Shown: positions 1-9,996, counted from the stretch's first letter. The stretch is 64,000 bases of DNA from Candidatus Latescibacterota bacterium (GCA_964291625.2 OZ220089.1:64001-128000), one strand, 5' to 3'. Made by a program: numbers and translations. The notes: generated by a model from the sequence alone, not told the origin.

Positions 1-3000
1 CCGCCCTCGCCGCGTACGTGCCAGTTCCGGGACTCCAGGACCCGCCGGATGTAGCGCCGCTCGAACTCCTCCAGGGGCAGGATCTCCAGGTCCCCGGACG
101 GCTGCGGCGCCGCCTTCAGCCCCAGGTCGCCGACCGTGATCCGGGGACCGCGGCAGGCGATGACGGCGCGCTGCAGGGTGTGCTCCAGCTCGCGCACGTT
201 GCCCGGCCAGGGCTGGGCCTGCAGCACCGCCAGGACCTCCGGCGCCAGGGGGCCGATGCGCTTGTCCAGGTGGGAGGCCATGCGCTCCATGAACAGCTCC
301 GCCAAGGCCGGGATGTCCTCCTTGCGGTCGCGCAGCGGCGGCAGGCGGATGGGCAGCACCCGCAGGCGGTAGTAGAGGTCCTCGCGGAACTCGCCGTCGC
401 GGACCATCTGCTCCAGGTCGCGGTTGGTGGCCGCCACCACCCGGGCGTCCGACCCCAGGGTCCGGCTGCCGCCCAGGCGCTCGAAGGTGCCGTCCTCCAG
501 GAACCGCAGCAGCTTCACCTGCGCCTCCAGGGGCATGTCGCCGATCTCGTCGAGGAAGAGGGTGCCCCCCGCCGCCAGCTCCACCTTGCCGAGCTTGCGG
601 GCCAGGGCGGTGGTGAAGGAGCCCTTCTCGTGGCCGAAGAGCTCGCTGTCCACCAGGGTGGCGGGCAGGGCCCCGCAGTTGACGTGGATCAGGGGGCCGT
701 CGCGGCGGCCGCCGAGGGCGTGCAGGGCCCGGGCCGCCAGGCCCTTGCCCACCCCCGTCTCGCCGAGGATGAGCACGGTGAGGTCGGCCTCGGCCGCCTC
801 CATGAGCCGCGTCTGCACCCGCTGCAGGGCGGCGCTGCGGCCGGTGAACTCGACGCCGGCGGCGTCGCCGCCGAGGGCCGCCGTCAGAGCGGCGATGCGC
901 GGGTCGGGCTCGACCGAGACCGGGACCTGGGCGACGGCCGAGTAGTTCAGGTCGCGGTCGACGGCGCGCACCTGGAAGGTGTACTCCCCCTTCGGCAGGT
1001 CCCGGTAGTAGGCCCGCATGCGCCGCGTCGCCGGCCGCCACTCCGGGTCGTGCCCCTCGAGGCGGACCACGTAGAGCATGTCCCGGGGATGGGTGGAGAA
1101 GCTCACCCCCTTGTACTCGAACATCACCGGCCGCCCCGCGGACAGGACCACCGCCGCCGGGGACTCGAAGACCTGGTCGGCCACGACCTGCACCAGGCGC
1201 ACCCGGGGCGGGTTCCGGCGCGGCCGGTAGCGGACCAGGGTGCCGAGGGCGGTGGCGAACCAGAAGGTGCCCTCGCGGTCCTCGAGGATCTGCAGGACCG
1301 GCCCCATCTGGGGCAGCTTGATCGTCTGGAACAGCCGGCCGTCGTGGTGGACGACGCCGCCGTCGGTGCCCAGCCAGAGATGGCCGCGGCCATCCTCGAA
1401 GAGGCAGCGGATGCGGTTGCTCGGCAGGCCGTCGTCGGTGGTGTAGTTGCGGAACCGGGTGCCGTCGAAGCGGCCCAGGCCGTTCTGGGTGGCGATCCAC
1501 AGGTGGCCGGAGCGGTCCTCGAGCAGGTCCACCACGCGGTTGTCGGGCAGTCCGTCTCCTGTGGTGTAGAGGGTGGCGCCGCGCTCCGGGTGCCAGCGGC
1601 CGATCCCCTTGCCCCGGCCGAAGGGGTTGTGCGTCCCCAGTGCGTACCACAGCTCGCCGTCGCGGGTGGCCACGAGGGCGCCGATGTGGTTGAAGGGGTC
1701 CTCCTTGGCCTCCTCCCGGAAGACGGTGACGAAGCGCTCTCCCTGGCGCCGCACGATCTGCAGCGGGCTGGCGAAGAGCTCCTCCCGCCGCGCCGTGGTC
1801 CCGTTCTCCCACTGGCCCACCAGCAGGCGGCCGTCCCGGTCCTGGGCGACGGCGCTGACGCCGGCCTCGGCGAAGCCGGCCTCGGCCCCGATGCGCTCGA
1901 AGCGGGCGCCGTCGTAGCGGAAGAGACCGTTGCCGCCGCCGAGCCACAGGTCGCCGCCGTCGTCCTCGTAGATGGCGAAGCAGCTGTTGAGGTCGAGCCC
2001 CTGGCCGGCGCCCACGAACTCGTAGCCGCTGCCGTCGAAGCGGGCGACGCTGCGCGCCGTCAGGCTGAGGAAGGGCGAGGAGAAGCCGATCCAGATGCGG
2101 CCCGTGCGGTCCTGCACCATCCGCGAGATCTCCGCCTCGCCCTCGGGATACTCCTCGGCGCGCTCGAAGAGCCCGACGCCGAAGGCGTCGTAGAGGGCGA
2201 CGCCGCCGCCCCAGGTGGCGAACCAGTGCTGCCGGTCCGGGTCCTGGTAGACGGCGTTGACCACCGGGTAGGGCAGCCCGTCTTCGGTGGTGACCCGGTC
2301 GAAGCCTTCGCCGGTCTGGTAGAGGGCGCCGCCGGAGGTGCACAGCCACAGGCGGCCGTCGCGGTCGGTCTGGATCTTGCGCAGGTTGCCCGGCAGGTCC
2401 ACGGCCACCGGGTCGAAGGAGGCGCCGTCCCACCTCCAGATCCGTCCTCGGTCCCCGGCGCGGCCGATCCACAGGCAGCCGGAGGGATCCTGCCCGACGG
2501 CGTAGCAGCTGGCGTCGGGGGGCAGGCCCTCCCGCTCCCCGTAGCGGCAGAAGCTCCGGCCGTCGTAGCGGACCAGGCGGTCGAAGGCGAACCAGAGGTC
2601 GCCACCGGCGTCCTGGGCGATCCCCCAGCACTGGTTGGTCCAGCGCGGCGAGGGAGGCTCTCCGTAGCGCTCCGCGTAGCGCGGGACCAGGTCGTGGAAC
2701 TCGTCGCCCTCGAAGTACCCCAGGGTCCCGGTGCCGGCGCACCAGAGGCGCGCCCGGCTGTCCTCGAAGAGGAACTGCACCTGCCGGCCGGCCATGCCCT
2801 CGCCGCCGGGCTGGTGGAACCGGCGGCCGTCGTACCAGCAGACGCCGCTGAGGGTGGCGAACCACAGCCGGTCGCGGCCGTCGCGGAGGATGGAGAAGAC
2901 GCGGTCGCCGCACAGGCCGTCGCCGCGGCCGTAGCTCTGGAACTGGTCGCCGTCGAAGCGGCTGACGCCGTTGTCCCAGGTGGCGAACCACAGGTCGCCC

Positions 3001-3122
3001 CGGCCGTCCTCGGCGATGTGCTCGGTGCGCACACCGGCGAGGCCGTCGGCCAGACCGAAGGTGCGCCACGAGCCTCGGCGGTCCAGCGAGCCGGTGGAAA
3101 TGACCGAAGCTTCCTTCGCCAT
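1..3122 (-). CDS. Sigma54-dependent transcriptional activator fused to an N-terminal two-component-regulator beta-propeller + Y_Y_Y domain (3' end beyond window)
   Basis: Manual translation from ATG 3122: MAKEASVIS...WRTFGLADGLAG...EDGRGDLWFATWDNGVSRFDG repeats, YTFQVRAVDRDLNYS (Y_Y_Y), then GETGVGKG, ELFGHEKGSFTTA, LFLDEIGDM, AATNRDL, FREDLYYRL, WPGNVRELE. Not in the ORF track because it runs off the edge. Confidence 0.9.
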   Translation of the reverse strand, partial: MAKEASVISTGSLDRRGSWRTFGLADGLAGVRTEHIAEDGRGDLWFATWDNGVSRFDGDQFQSYGRGDGLCGDRVFSILRDGRDRLWFATLSGVCWYDGRRFHQPGGEGMAGRQVQFLFEDSRARLWCAGTGTLGYFEGDEFHDLVPRYAERYGEPPSPRWTNQCWGIAQDAGGDLWFAFDRLVRYDGRSFCRYGEREGLPPDASCYAVGQDPSGCLWIGRAGDRGRIWRWDGASFDPVAVDLPGNLRKIQTDRDGRLWLCTSGGALYQTGEGFDRVTTEDGLPYPVVNAVYQDPDRQHWFATWGGGVALYDAFGVGLFERAEEYPEGEAEISRMVQDRTGRIWIGFSSPFLSLTARSVARFDGSGYEFVGAGQGLDLNSCFAIYEDDGGDLWLGGGNGLFRYDGARFERIGAEAGFAEAGVSAVAQDRDGRLLVGQWENGTTARREELFASPLQIVRRQGERFVTVFREEAKEDPFNHIGALVATRDGELWYALGTHNPFGRGKGIGRWHPERGATLYTTGDGLPDNRVVDLLEDRSGHLWIATQNGLGRFDGTRFRNYTTDDGLPSNRIRCLFEDGRGHLWLGTDGGVVHHDGRLFQTIKLPQMGPVLQILEDREGTFWFATALGTLVRYRPRRNPPRVRLVQVVADQVFESPAAVVLSAGRPVMFEYKGVSFSTHPRDMLYVVRLEGHDPEWRPATRRMRAYYRDLPKGEYTFQVRAVDRDLNYSAVAQVPVSVEPDPRIAALTAALGGDAAGVEFTGRSAALQRVQTRLMEAAEADLTVLILGETGVGKGLAARALHALGGRRDGPLIHVNCGALPATLVDSELFGHEKGSFTTALARKLGKVELAAGGTLFLDEIGDMPLEAQVKLLRFLEDGTFERLGGSRTLGSDARVVAATNRDLEQMVRDGEFREDLYYRLRVLPIRLPPLRDRKEDIPALAELFMERMASHLDKRIGPLAPEVLAVLQAQPWPGNVRELEHTLQRAVIACRGPRITVGDLGLKAAPQPSGDLEILPLEEFERRYIRRVLESRNWHVRGEG

Positions 3123-3175
3123 TGGGCAGGCGGTCCGGGCGGGTTATCGTTGGCGCGGTCAAGGTAGCCTGACCC

Positions 3176-4819
3176 GTGCCCCCCCGCTACATCGCCCGCC
3201 GAGGATGGGCCCGCCGGCTGGCCGCCGCCGGCCAACGCCTCGGAGACGCTCTCGACCCGCCCGGCACCGAGTACCGGCTGACGCGCTGGCTCTTCCTGCG
3301 CCTCCTCGGGCTGGTCTACGCCGTGGCCTTCCTGGTCTCGGCGCGGCAGGCCGCCCCCCTGATCGGCGACGGCGGCCTGCTGCCGGCGCACCTCTACCTC
3401 GACCGGGCCGCGGCTTCCGCCCCGGCGCCGTGGCTGGAGGTGCCGTCGCTGCTGTGGATCAGCACGAGCGACGGCTTCCTCGCCGGCCTCGCCTGGCTCG
3501 GCTTCGCCGGCTCGCTGCTGCTTGTGGCCGGGTACGCCTCGGCCCCGCACCTGCTGATCCTGTGGGTCCTCTACTCCTCCTTCGTCAACGCCGGCCAGTT
3601 GTTCTACGGGTACGGCTGGGAGATCCTCACCCTCGAGACCGGCTTCCTGGCCGTCTTCCTGTGCCCCTTCGGCCGCGGCGGCTGGCGCCACGCCGTGGCC
3701 CCGGACCGCGCCGTGATCTGGCTGCTGCGCTGGCTGCTCTTCCGCGTGATCTTCGGGGCCGGGCTCATCAAGCTCCGCGGCGATCCGTGCTGGCTCGACC
3801 TGACCTGCCTGCTCCATCACTTCGAGACCCAGCCGATCCCCAACCCCCTGAGCCCGTACCTGCACCAGCTGCCCGGCCTCGTGCACCGCGCCGGCGTGCT
3901 CCACAACCACCTGCTGGAGGTCGCGGTTCCCCTGCTCCTCTTCGGCACCGTGCGCCTGCGCCGGCTCGCCGGCCTGCTGATCGTCGCCTTCCAGGTGGTG
4001 CTCATCGCCAGCGGCAACCTCTCCTGGCTCAACTACCTGACCATCGCCCTGTGCCTGCCCTGCTTCGACGACGCCTGGCTCCGGCGCCTCGCGCCCCGGC
4101 CCCTGAAGGCCCTGCTCGCCAGGGAAGGGGAAGCCGCCCGGGCGCCAGGCCGGGGACGCCGCCTCGCCGTGGGCGCCCTGACGGTGGGGGTGGTCCTGCT
4201 GAGCGCCGCGCCCGCGGCCAACATGCTCTCCTCCCGCCAGGTGATGAACACCTCCTACGACCGGCTGAACCTGGTCAACACCTACGGCGCCTTCGGCCAC
4301 GTGGGGAAGGTGCGCCGCGAGGTCGTCCTGCTGGGCACCCTCGACGAGCCCGGTCCGGGCGGGGCCGTGTGGCGTGAGTACGCCTTCCACTGCAAGCCCG
4401 GCGACCCCTCCCGCCGGCCCTGCGTGGTCTCGCCCTACCACCACCGCCTCGACTGGCAGATCTGGTTCGCCGCCATGGCCGACTACCGGAGCCAGCCGTG
4501 GCTGGTCCACCTCGTCTACAAGCTGCTCCACGCCGACCCCGGGGCCCTCTCCCTGCTCGCGGAAGACCCCTTCGACGGGCGGCCGCCGCGCCGGGTCCGC
4601 GCCGATCTCTACGAGTACGAGTTCGCGCCCCCGGGAGAGTCCGGCTGGTGGCGGCGCCGCCGGCTGGGCGAGTATCTTCCCGCCCTCTCCGCCGGCGATC
4701 CGGCCCTGCGCCGCGTCGTCGAGGGATTCGGCTGGCCCCTGCTTCCCGTGCCTCGCCAGCCGCCGACCGCGCTGACCCCGGAGGCCGCCGGCTGTCCCTG
4801 CGGCGCCGGCTCCGGCTGA
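3176..4819 (+). CDS. Lipase maturation factor (LMF1) family membrane protein
   Basis: FLRLLGLVYAVAF, GWEILTLETGFL, GAGLIKLRGDPCW, HFETQPIPNP, NTYGAFG, PYHHRLDWQIWFAAM are LMF family motifs. Confidence 0.92.
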   Translation: MPPRYIARRGWARRLAAAGQRLGDALDPPGTEYRLTRWLFLRLLGLVYAVAFLVSARQAAPLIGDGGLLPAHLYLDRAAASAPAPWLEVPSLLWISTSDGFLAGLAWLGFAGSLLLVAGYASAPHLLILWVLYSSFVNAGQLFYGYGWEILTLETGFLAVFLCPFGRGGWRHAVAPDRAVIWLLRWLLFRVIFGAGLIKLRGDPCWLDLTCLLHHFETQPIPNPLSPYLHQLPGLVHRAGVLHNHLLEVAVPLLLFGTVRLRRLAGLLIVAFQVVLIASGNLSWLNYLTIALCLPCFDDAWLRRLAPRPLKALLAREGEAARAPGRGRRLAVGALTVGVVLLSAAPAANMLSSRQVMNTSYDRLNLVNTYGAFGHVGKVRREVVLLGTLDEPGPGGAVWREYAFHCKPGDPSRRPCVVSPYHHRLDWQIWFAAMADYRSQPWLVHLVYKLLHADPGALSLLAEDPFDGRPPRRVRADLYEYEFAPPGESGWWRRRRLGEYLPALSAGDPALRRVVEGFGWPLLPVPRQPPTALTPEAAGCPCGAGSG

Positions 4820-4858
4820 GGGGGCCTGCCCATCACCGCTTTCCGGAGCCCACCCGAC

Positions 4859-5722
4859 ATGCAACTGACCGAGCAACAGACGCGGTTCTTCGACGCCTTC
4901 GGATACCTGGTCGTTCGCCAACTGCTCGACCCAAAGGAGGTCGAGCTCGTCATCGAGGGCTTCGAGTGGTCGATCCGCAACTGGGGCGGCGGGCAGAACC
5001 ACGACGGCACCAGGCGCACCATGTTCGGCGGTCCCATCGAGCATGCGCCGGAGATGTGCGCCCTCCTCGACCACCCGGGCGTGGTCGGGCTCATCGGCGG
5101 CGTGATCGGCGGCGACTTCAGCTACTGCGGCGGCGACGGCAACTACTACGTGGGCGACACCCACTGGCATCCCGACGGCAACTGGGGCCGCCTGTGGGCC
5201 ACCAAGACCGCCTTCTACCTCGACGAGGTGGACGCCGGCAGCGGCTGCCTGCGGGTGATCCCGGGCAGCCACCGCCCCGACCACTACCTGCGCGCCGAGG
5301 GCGTCAACCCAAGGGAGTCGGAGGCCCTCTTCGGCGTGCCGCCGAGCGAGTTCCCGGGCAGCGTGGCCCTGGAGTCGAGCCCGGGCGACGTGGTGATCTT
5401 CAACCACGACCTCTACCACGCCTCCTTCGGCGGCGGCCGGCAACGGCGCATGTTCACCATGAACTGCACCCGCCATGCCGCGACGCCGGAGGAGCACGAG
5501 CTGGCCCGCCAGTACATCTCCGTCCACTCCCCGGGCGGGTACGGCGTCGACACGGGCGCCGGCATGTTCTTCCCCACCATGCTCGACACCGCCGACGAGG
5601 GGCGCATGGAGCACCTGCGCCAGCCCGTGGAGATCCACGACGAGCTCTTCCCGCAGTTCGCCCGCGGCGCCGGCGGGCGGGAGCCGCACAAGGGGGTGAT
5701 GAGGCAATACAGGAAGGGATGA
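4859..5722 (+). CDS. Phytanoyl-CoA dioxygenase (PhyH) family Fe(II)/2OG dioxygenase
   Basis: LTEQQTRFFDAFGYLVV N-terminus, WHPD, GCLRVIPGSH, PGDVVIFNHDLYHAS. Confidence 0.88.
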   Translation: MQLTEQQTRFFDAFGYLVVRQLLDPKEVELVIEGFEWSIRNWGGGQNHDGTRRTMFGGPIEHAPEMCALLDHPGVVGLIGGVIGGDFSYCGGDGNYYVGDTHWHPDGNWGRLWATKTAFYLDEVDAGSGCLRVIPGSHRPDHYLRAEGVNPRESEALFGVPPSEFPGSVALESSPGDVVIFNHDLYHASFGGGRQRRMFTMNCTRHAATPEEHELARQYISVHSPGGYGVDTGAGMFFPTMLDTADEGRMEHLRQPVEIHDELFPQFARGAGGREPHKGVMRQYRKG

Positions 5723-5733
5723 GGAGGGCTTGT

Positions 5734-6513
5734 ATGGGCTCCTGTTACGACGCCGTGGCCCCTCTTGCGGTGGCTACGCTGACCATGTCACCGTGGACGG
5801 TCCCCACACATGCGGACGCCGCGAGTGACCCGGGCGTGATCCTGAAGTCCCTTGCCGCGGACCGGGAACGGTTGCCGGTGCCCCTCGAGGAGAAGGGGCG
5901 ACGCCAACGCCTGGACTTCGAGCGGATTCGGAGGGTGACCCTGCAGGAGTCGCCTCTCAAGTCCGGTGAGGCGGATGGCAACCGAGGGAGCATGAACGGT
6001 ACCGTCCGCGCGGCGTCTTCGGCGGAAACCGGAGGAAGGGAGGAAAGGCGTGGACGGATCACCAGAAAGCTCGGCGCCGGTCTCTGGGGAGGCTTGGGAG
6101 GGGGCCTTTTCGGGACAATTGGGGGGGCTGGACTGCTTGGATTGGGAGGTGGAGGCACAGACGGAATTGGCGCACCGGCAGTTGTCGGCCTGGGCGGCCT
6201 GCTGGGGTTCGCTGCTGGAGCCGCAGTCGGTGTGAGCCGCGTCGACCCTGTCGATCAGCTCGCCGGCTCCTTGATGGGCAGTGTGCTGGGGTTCGGGGCG
6301 GGCATCGGCCTGACTTGGGTTGCCGACCGTCCCAGCCTCCTCTACCTGGTCCCCGTCACCTCGCTCGCAGGGGCCGTGGGGCTCTCGGAGCACTCCCGCC
6401 ACCGTGGACGTGTATCGAGGCCCGATCAAGGTCGGCACTTGGCTGGACCGCTGGGCACGGGGCGTCTGGGCCGTTGGCCCTCAGCCCCTGCCCAGCATGG
6501 TGGTGGATGGTAG
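5734..6513 (+). CDS. Hypothetical Gly-rich membrane/secreted protein (paralogue of 12961-13320)
   Basis: ATG 5734 after GAGGAGG; hydrophobic Gly-rich helices; GAAVGVSRVDPVD motif shared with the ORF at 12961-13320. Confidence 0.55.
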   Translation: MGSCYDAVAPLAVATLTMSPWTVPTHADAASDPGVILKSLAADRERLPVPLEEKGRRQRLDFERIRRVTLQESPLKSGEADGNRGSMNGTVRAASSAETGGREERRGRITRKLGAGLWGGLGGGLFGTIGGAGLLGLGGGGTDGIGAPAVVGLGGLLGFAAGAAVGVSRVDPVDQLAGSLMGSVLGFGAGIGLTWVADRPSLLYLVPVTSLAGAVGLSEHSRHRGRVSRPDQGRHLAGPLGTGRLGRWPSAPAQHGGGW

Positions 6514-6528
6514 ACTTGGGAGCCGGCG

Positions 6529-7160
6529 TTACCGCTTGCCGCGCCAGCGCCGGCCGCCGCCGTAGAAGGCGTCGTCCTCATCGTTTCGAGCTTCTCGCGC
6601 TGACCGTCGGTCAGGACGCCCTCCAGGGCCTTTCGGTGGTTCGTGCGCGTTTCTCCCATCTCCGTGCGGTGCTCGGTGCGCAGTTCCTCGAGCCGTTCCT
6701 TCTGCTCGTCGGTCAGATCCAGCCTGGAAAACGGATCCCTGACACCTTGCCGGGCGTCGTGCCAGCCCCTGCCCGGGCGGCCCATGTCGCCGCGCCAACC
6801 CCTGCCGCCGCGCCGCATGTCCCCCCGGTCCCAGCCCCTGCCTCCGCGCCGGTCGAAGAACCGGCCGCGCATCTCCTTCAGAGTCTCCTGCTGTTCGTCG
6901 GTCAGGACTCCCATCACGGCTTCGCGCTGCTTCCTGGCCATGGCGGCCATCGTCTCGCGGTGCTCGCGCCGGGCCTCGCGGTGCTCCTCGCGCAGCGCCT
7001 GCAGCTGCTCCCTCTGCTCGTCGGTCAGGTCCAGACGCCCCAGGAACGGCATGCCCTGCCGGTGCTCGCGCATCTTCTCTCCGCGCTCGGCCACGGCCAC
7101 GGTGGCCGCTGCGCCGAGGGCCAGCGCCACGCCGGCCGTGATGATCCATCTCTTCCTCAT
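6529..7160 (-). CDS. Spy/CpxP-family periplasmic chaperone-like protein (probable 1-bp frameshift near 3' end)
   Basis: Signal peptide, two LDLTDEQ...VLTDEQ/VLTDGQ repeats (LTXXQ). A plausible C-terminus DDAFYGGGRRWRGKR lies in the adjacent frame ending at 6529; the ORF track frame runs on to 6426. Confidence 0.8.
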
Positions 7161-7229
7161 CTGCTGCTCTCCCGCGTTGGGTGGTGATGGGCTCTCTGTC
7201 TCGCCCGTTAGACCACTCCATCGATCGTT

Positions 7230-8732
7230 TCATTCCGCCGCCGGCTCTCCAAACCAGAAGGAGAAGATCTCCGCCTGCCACAGGTGGAAGCGAACCTGCA
7301 CGACGCGGCCCCGAAGCCCTGCCAGCTCCGGGCCGCCCTCCCACGACAGGACCTCGTCGATGCGGTCGGCCATCAGCGGCCGGCTGTCCTGCCGCGAGAA
7401 CCCCTCGATCGGCTCGCCGGTGCCGGGGTCGAGCAGCTCCGCCTGCAGGCGCCCGCGCCAGGCGTCGGCGTTGACGTGGAGCGCCCCCCCGTCGACCTCC
7501 ATCGGCTTCGAGGTGACCGCGCCCCACTCGACGCCGCCCTTGAGGCCGACGAAGCCGTCCATCCGCATCCGCGCCAGGCAGACGGCCGAGGCGTCGAGGG
7601 TCCCGCGGTGGGCCTCGTCGTGGAAGCTGAGGCTGCGGTGGCGCAGGCCCGTGTAGTAGAACCACAGCTCGTCGTTGCGCCGCACCGGGCCGTTGGTCAC
7701 CACCACCTGCCCCGTGTCGTACGCCGACCCGTCCCCCACCGGCGACAGCTCCAGGAAGGGGGCGCGGCCGGCGACCCGCTGCCATTGCCGCAGGTCGCGG
7801 CTGCAGGCCAGCTCCACCGTCTTGCGGCTGTCCACGTTCTCGTATCCGGGCGGGTGCTTGCCGATCCAGTGGTGCATGACGGGCAGCGCCAGGTAGAGCC
7901 CCTCGTAGGGGAAGAGGGGGAAGTTGTACACGTCGGTGCGCCACTCCTCGGGGCGGTTGAAGACCGGCTTCAGGTAGGCGGGGTCTTCGAGGAACCGGCG
8001 CACGCGGCGGAAGCCGTTCTCCTGGTCCTGCTGGTCGGCGTGGAAGATCAGCTCCGGCTCGGTCCAGGTGTCGAAGTCGCGGCTCGTGGACAGGGCGAAG
8101 GAGCGCCCGTACGGACCGCGCTGCTTGGGGGTGGCGATGAACAGCCCCCGCGAGGCGTCGTGGGTGAGGTGGGCCTCGTCGGCGCTGGGCACGGCGGCGC
8201 CCTCGAGGTCGCGCCAGTGGATGCCGTCGGCGGAGACGGAGGCCTGCAGGGAGCGGGCGTCGTTGCGCATGCCCTTGAACCGCCGCTCGGGGTCCGGGTC
8301 GGCGCCGTCGTGGATCGGGCCCTGGAGCATGCCCCGGGCCGTGGGCAGGATGTTGTTGGCGGTGCCCAGGGGCCGGCCGGCCCAGTCGCGGCCCCCGTAC
8401 TCGAACAGGCCCAGGTCCGGCTTCTCCCAGTTGACGCCGTCCTCGGAGAAGGCGCAGCAGGCGAAGCTCTCCCCGCCCGGCGGCGCCCAGGGCGAGCGCA
8501 TCTCCGGCGCGTCGACGTCGGGGGCCTCGGCGGCGCCCAGGTAGATCAGGTGGAAGCGCCGCGCCTCCGGGTCCCAGGCCGGCGTGGTGCGGATCTGGAT
8601 GGCGCAGTTGTCCCAGCGCCGGTCCGGTCGGAGCACGGCGTTGCCGTGGTACTTGGCCGGCTGGTGCAGGACGCGGGCCAGGTTGTCGATGCGGTCGACG
8701 TCGCCGTCGTCGATGAACAGCCGGCGGGTCAC
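7230..8732 (-). CDS. Hypothetical protein, five-bladed beta-propeller glycoside-hydrolase-like (GH32/43 clan-like)
   Basis: RRLFIDD start, Asp-box-like SEDGVNWEKP, SADGIHW, SRDFDTW, SRDLRQW repeats; C-terminal LARMRMDGFVG...LHVNADA. Confidence 0.6.
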   Translation of the reverse strand: MTRRLFIDDGDVDRIDNLARVLHQPAKYHGNAVLRPDRRWDNCAIQIRTTPAWDPEARRFHLIYLGAAEAPDVDAPEMRSPWAPPGGESFACCAFSEDGVNWEKPDLGLFEYGGRDWAGRPLGTANNILPTARGMLQGPIHDGADPDPERRFKGMRNDARSLQASVSADGIHWRDLEGAAVPSADEAHLTHDASRGLFIATPKQRGPYGRSFALSTSRDFDTWTEPELIFHADQQDQENGFRRVRRFLEDPAYLKPVFNRPEEWRTDVYNFPLFPYEGLYLALPVMHHWIGKHPPGYENVDSRKTVELACSRDLRQWQRVAGRAPFLELSPVGDGSAYDTGQVVVTNGPVRRNDELWFYYTGLRHRSLSFHDEAHRGTLDASAVCLARMRMDGFVGLKGGVEWGAVTSKPMEVDGGALHVNADAWRGRLQAELLDPGTGEPIEGFSRQDSRPLMADRIDEVLSWEGGPELAGLRGRVVQVRFHLWQAEIFSFWFGEPAAE

Positions 8733-9346
8733 GGCGCCACCGCTTCGGAGACGCCGATCATGCTGTCGCGGGTGACCAGGGGGGCCAGCTCCTCCTCGGA
8801 CAGGCTCTCCGTGCCGGCGGGCCGGCGCGGCAGCACGAGGTAGCGCAGGTCGGCGGTGCTGTCGATGACGCGCACCTGCACGCTCTCGTCGAGGTCGAGG
8901 CCGAACTCGCGCATGACGGCCCGCGGCTCGGCCACCGCCCGCCGCCTGTAGGGGGCGCTCTTGTACCAGTCGGGGGGCGGACCCAGCAGGGCCGTGGGGT
9001 AGCAGGAGCAGAGGGTGCAGACGACGAGGTGGTGGATGCTCCCGGTGTTCTCCACCACCGCCAGCTCGGCGTCGCCGGTGAGGCTCAGGCCCAGCTCGCC
9101 CACGGCCGACCGGGCGTCGGCGAGCAGACGGGTCCTGAACGCCGGATCCACCCAGGCCCGGGCCACCACCCGGGCGCCGTCGGCGATGGCGCGGGACTGG
9201 ACCCGGCGGGCCTGTTCCTCCACCTCCCCGGCCTGGAGCACGCCCTTCTCCACGAGCAACTCGTGCATGGCCAGGGCGCGCCGGGCCCGGGGGCTGAAGT
9301 CTGCGTCGGGCTGCACGCCCTGGTGCTCGTCATGTTCGTGGCTCAT
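8729..9346 (-). CDS. Co-type nitrile hydratase alpha / thiocyanate hydrolase gamma-like subunit
   Basis: GARVVARAWVDPAF, HHLVVCTLCSCYP metal-binding motif, PPDWYKS, DSTADLRYLVLPRRP; strong RBS AAGGAGGAG before ATG 9346. Confidence 0.92.
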   Translation of the reverse strand: MSHEHDEHQGVQPDADFSPRARRALAMHELLVEKGVLQAGEVEEQARRVQSRAIADGARVVARAWVDPAFRTRLLADARSAVGELGLSLTGDAELAVVENTGSIHHLVVCTLCSCYPTALLGPPPDWYKSAPYRRRAVAEPRAVMREFGLDLDESVQVRVIDSTADLRYLVLPRRPAGTESLSEEELAPLVTRDSMIGVSEAVAP

Positions 9347-9703
9347 GTCGTCTCCTCCTTGCTGTCGGTGATCCACGGCGGGGGGCTCGGATCCCGTGGC
9401 CTTCTCCAGCCACTGCTCGTACAGGTCCATGAGCAGCAGGTCTCCCCAACCCTCCCGGCAGCGGGCGCCCCAGACTTCGGCCTGCCGGAACTCGACGTGG
9501 TAGAGCAGGCGCCGGGGCTCGCCGGTGCCGCCGTGGGCCCGGGTCTCGGGGTCGAGGAAGGGACCGCTCACGGAGCGGACCCTGCCGCGCTTGCCCTTGA
9601 TGAAGGAGGGCGTCCGGTGGTGGTGGTCCACGGCGTCGGTGCGGACGGTGACGGGCTCGCCCACGCGGAAGCGGCCGGGCCGGGCGGAGAGGACTACCCC
9701 CAC
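9347..9703 (-). CDS. Nitrile hydratase beta C-terminal SH3-like domain (ScnA-like), in frame with the alpha subunit and without a stop
   Basis: RFRVGEPVTVR, HHRTPSFIKGKRG, LYHVEFRQAEVWG, DLYEQWLE. Confidence 0.82.
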
Positions 9704-9996
9704 CGCCCCTGCACCTCGGCGGACCGGGCGTCGATCTCGGCCGTCGTGAGCAGGCCCTTCTCCACCAGCAGGGTCTCGAGGGAGGCCGACCAGCGTTCGT
9801 AGTAGCCGCAGGCCTCGTAATCATCGGCCGGCATGGCCTCGATCCCGCGGCGCAGCTCGTCGACGTTGATCACGCGGCGATGGCGCAGGACCCCGACCAG
9901 GGCGTTGGTCAGGCGCTCCCAGTCCGCCATCTCGTGCTCGGACCGGTCGATCGGCTCTCGGCTCGGCTGGCCGCCCATGTCGTGTACGCCTGGCAT
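9694..9996 (-). CDS. Nitrile hydratase beta N-terminal domain (ScnB-like)
   Basis: MPGVHDMGG, WER, DELRRGIEAM, YYERW, LVEKGLLTTAEI. Confidence 0.88.
   Translation of the reverse strand: MPGVHDMGGQPSREPIDRSEHEMADWERLTNALVGVLRHRRVINVDELRRGIEAMPADDYEACGYYERWSASLETLLVEKGLLTTAEIDARSAEVQGRWG

Noticed and set aside
7205-7236. ECF-sigma promoter (GAA...TCTAA) upstream of the Spy-like gene
   Set aside because: The -10-like TCTAA is present but the -35 match is weak or the spacing is wrong.
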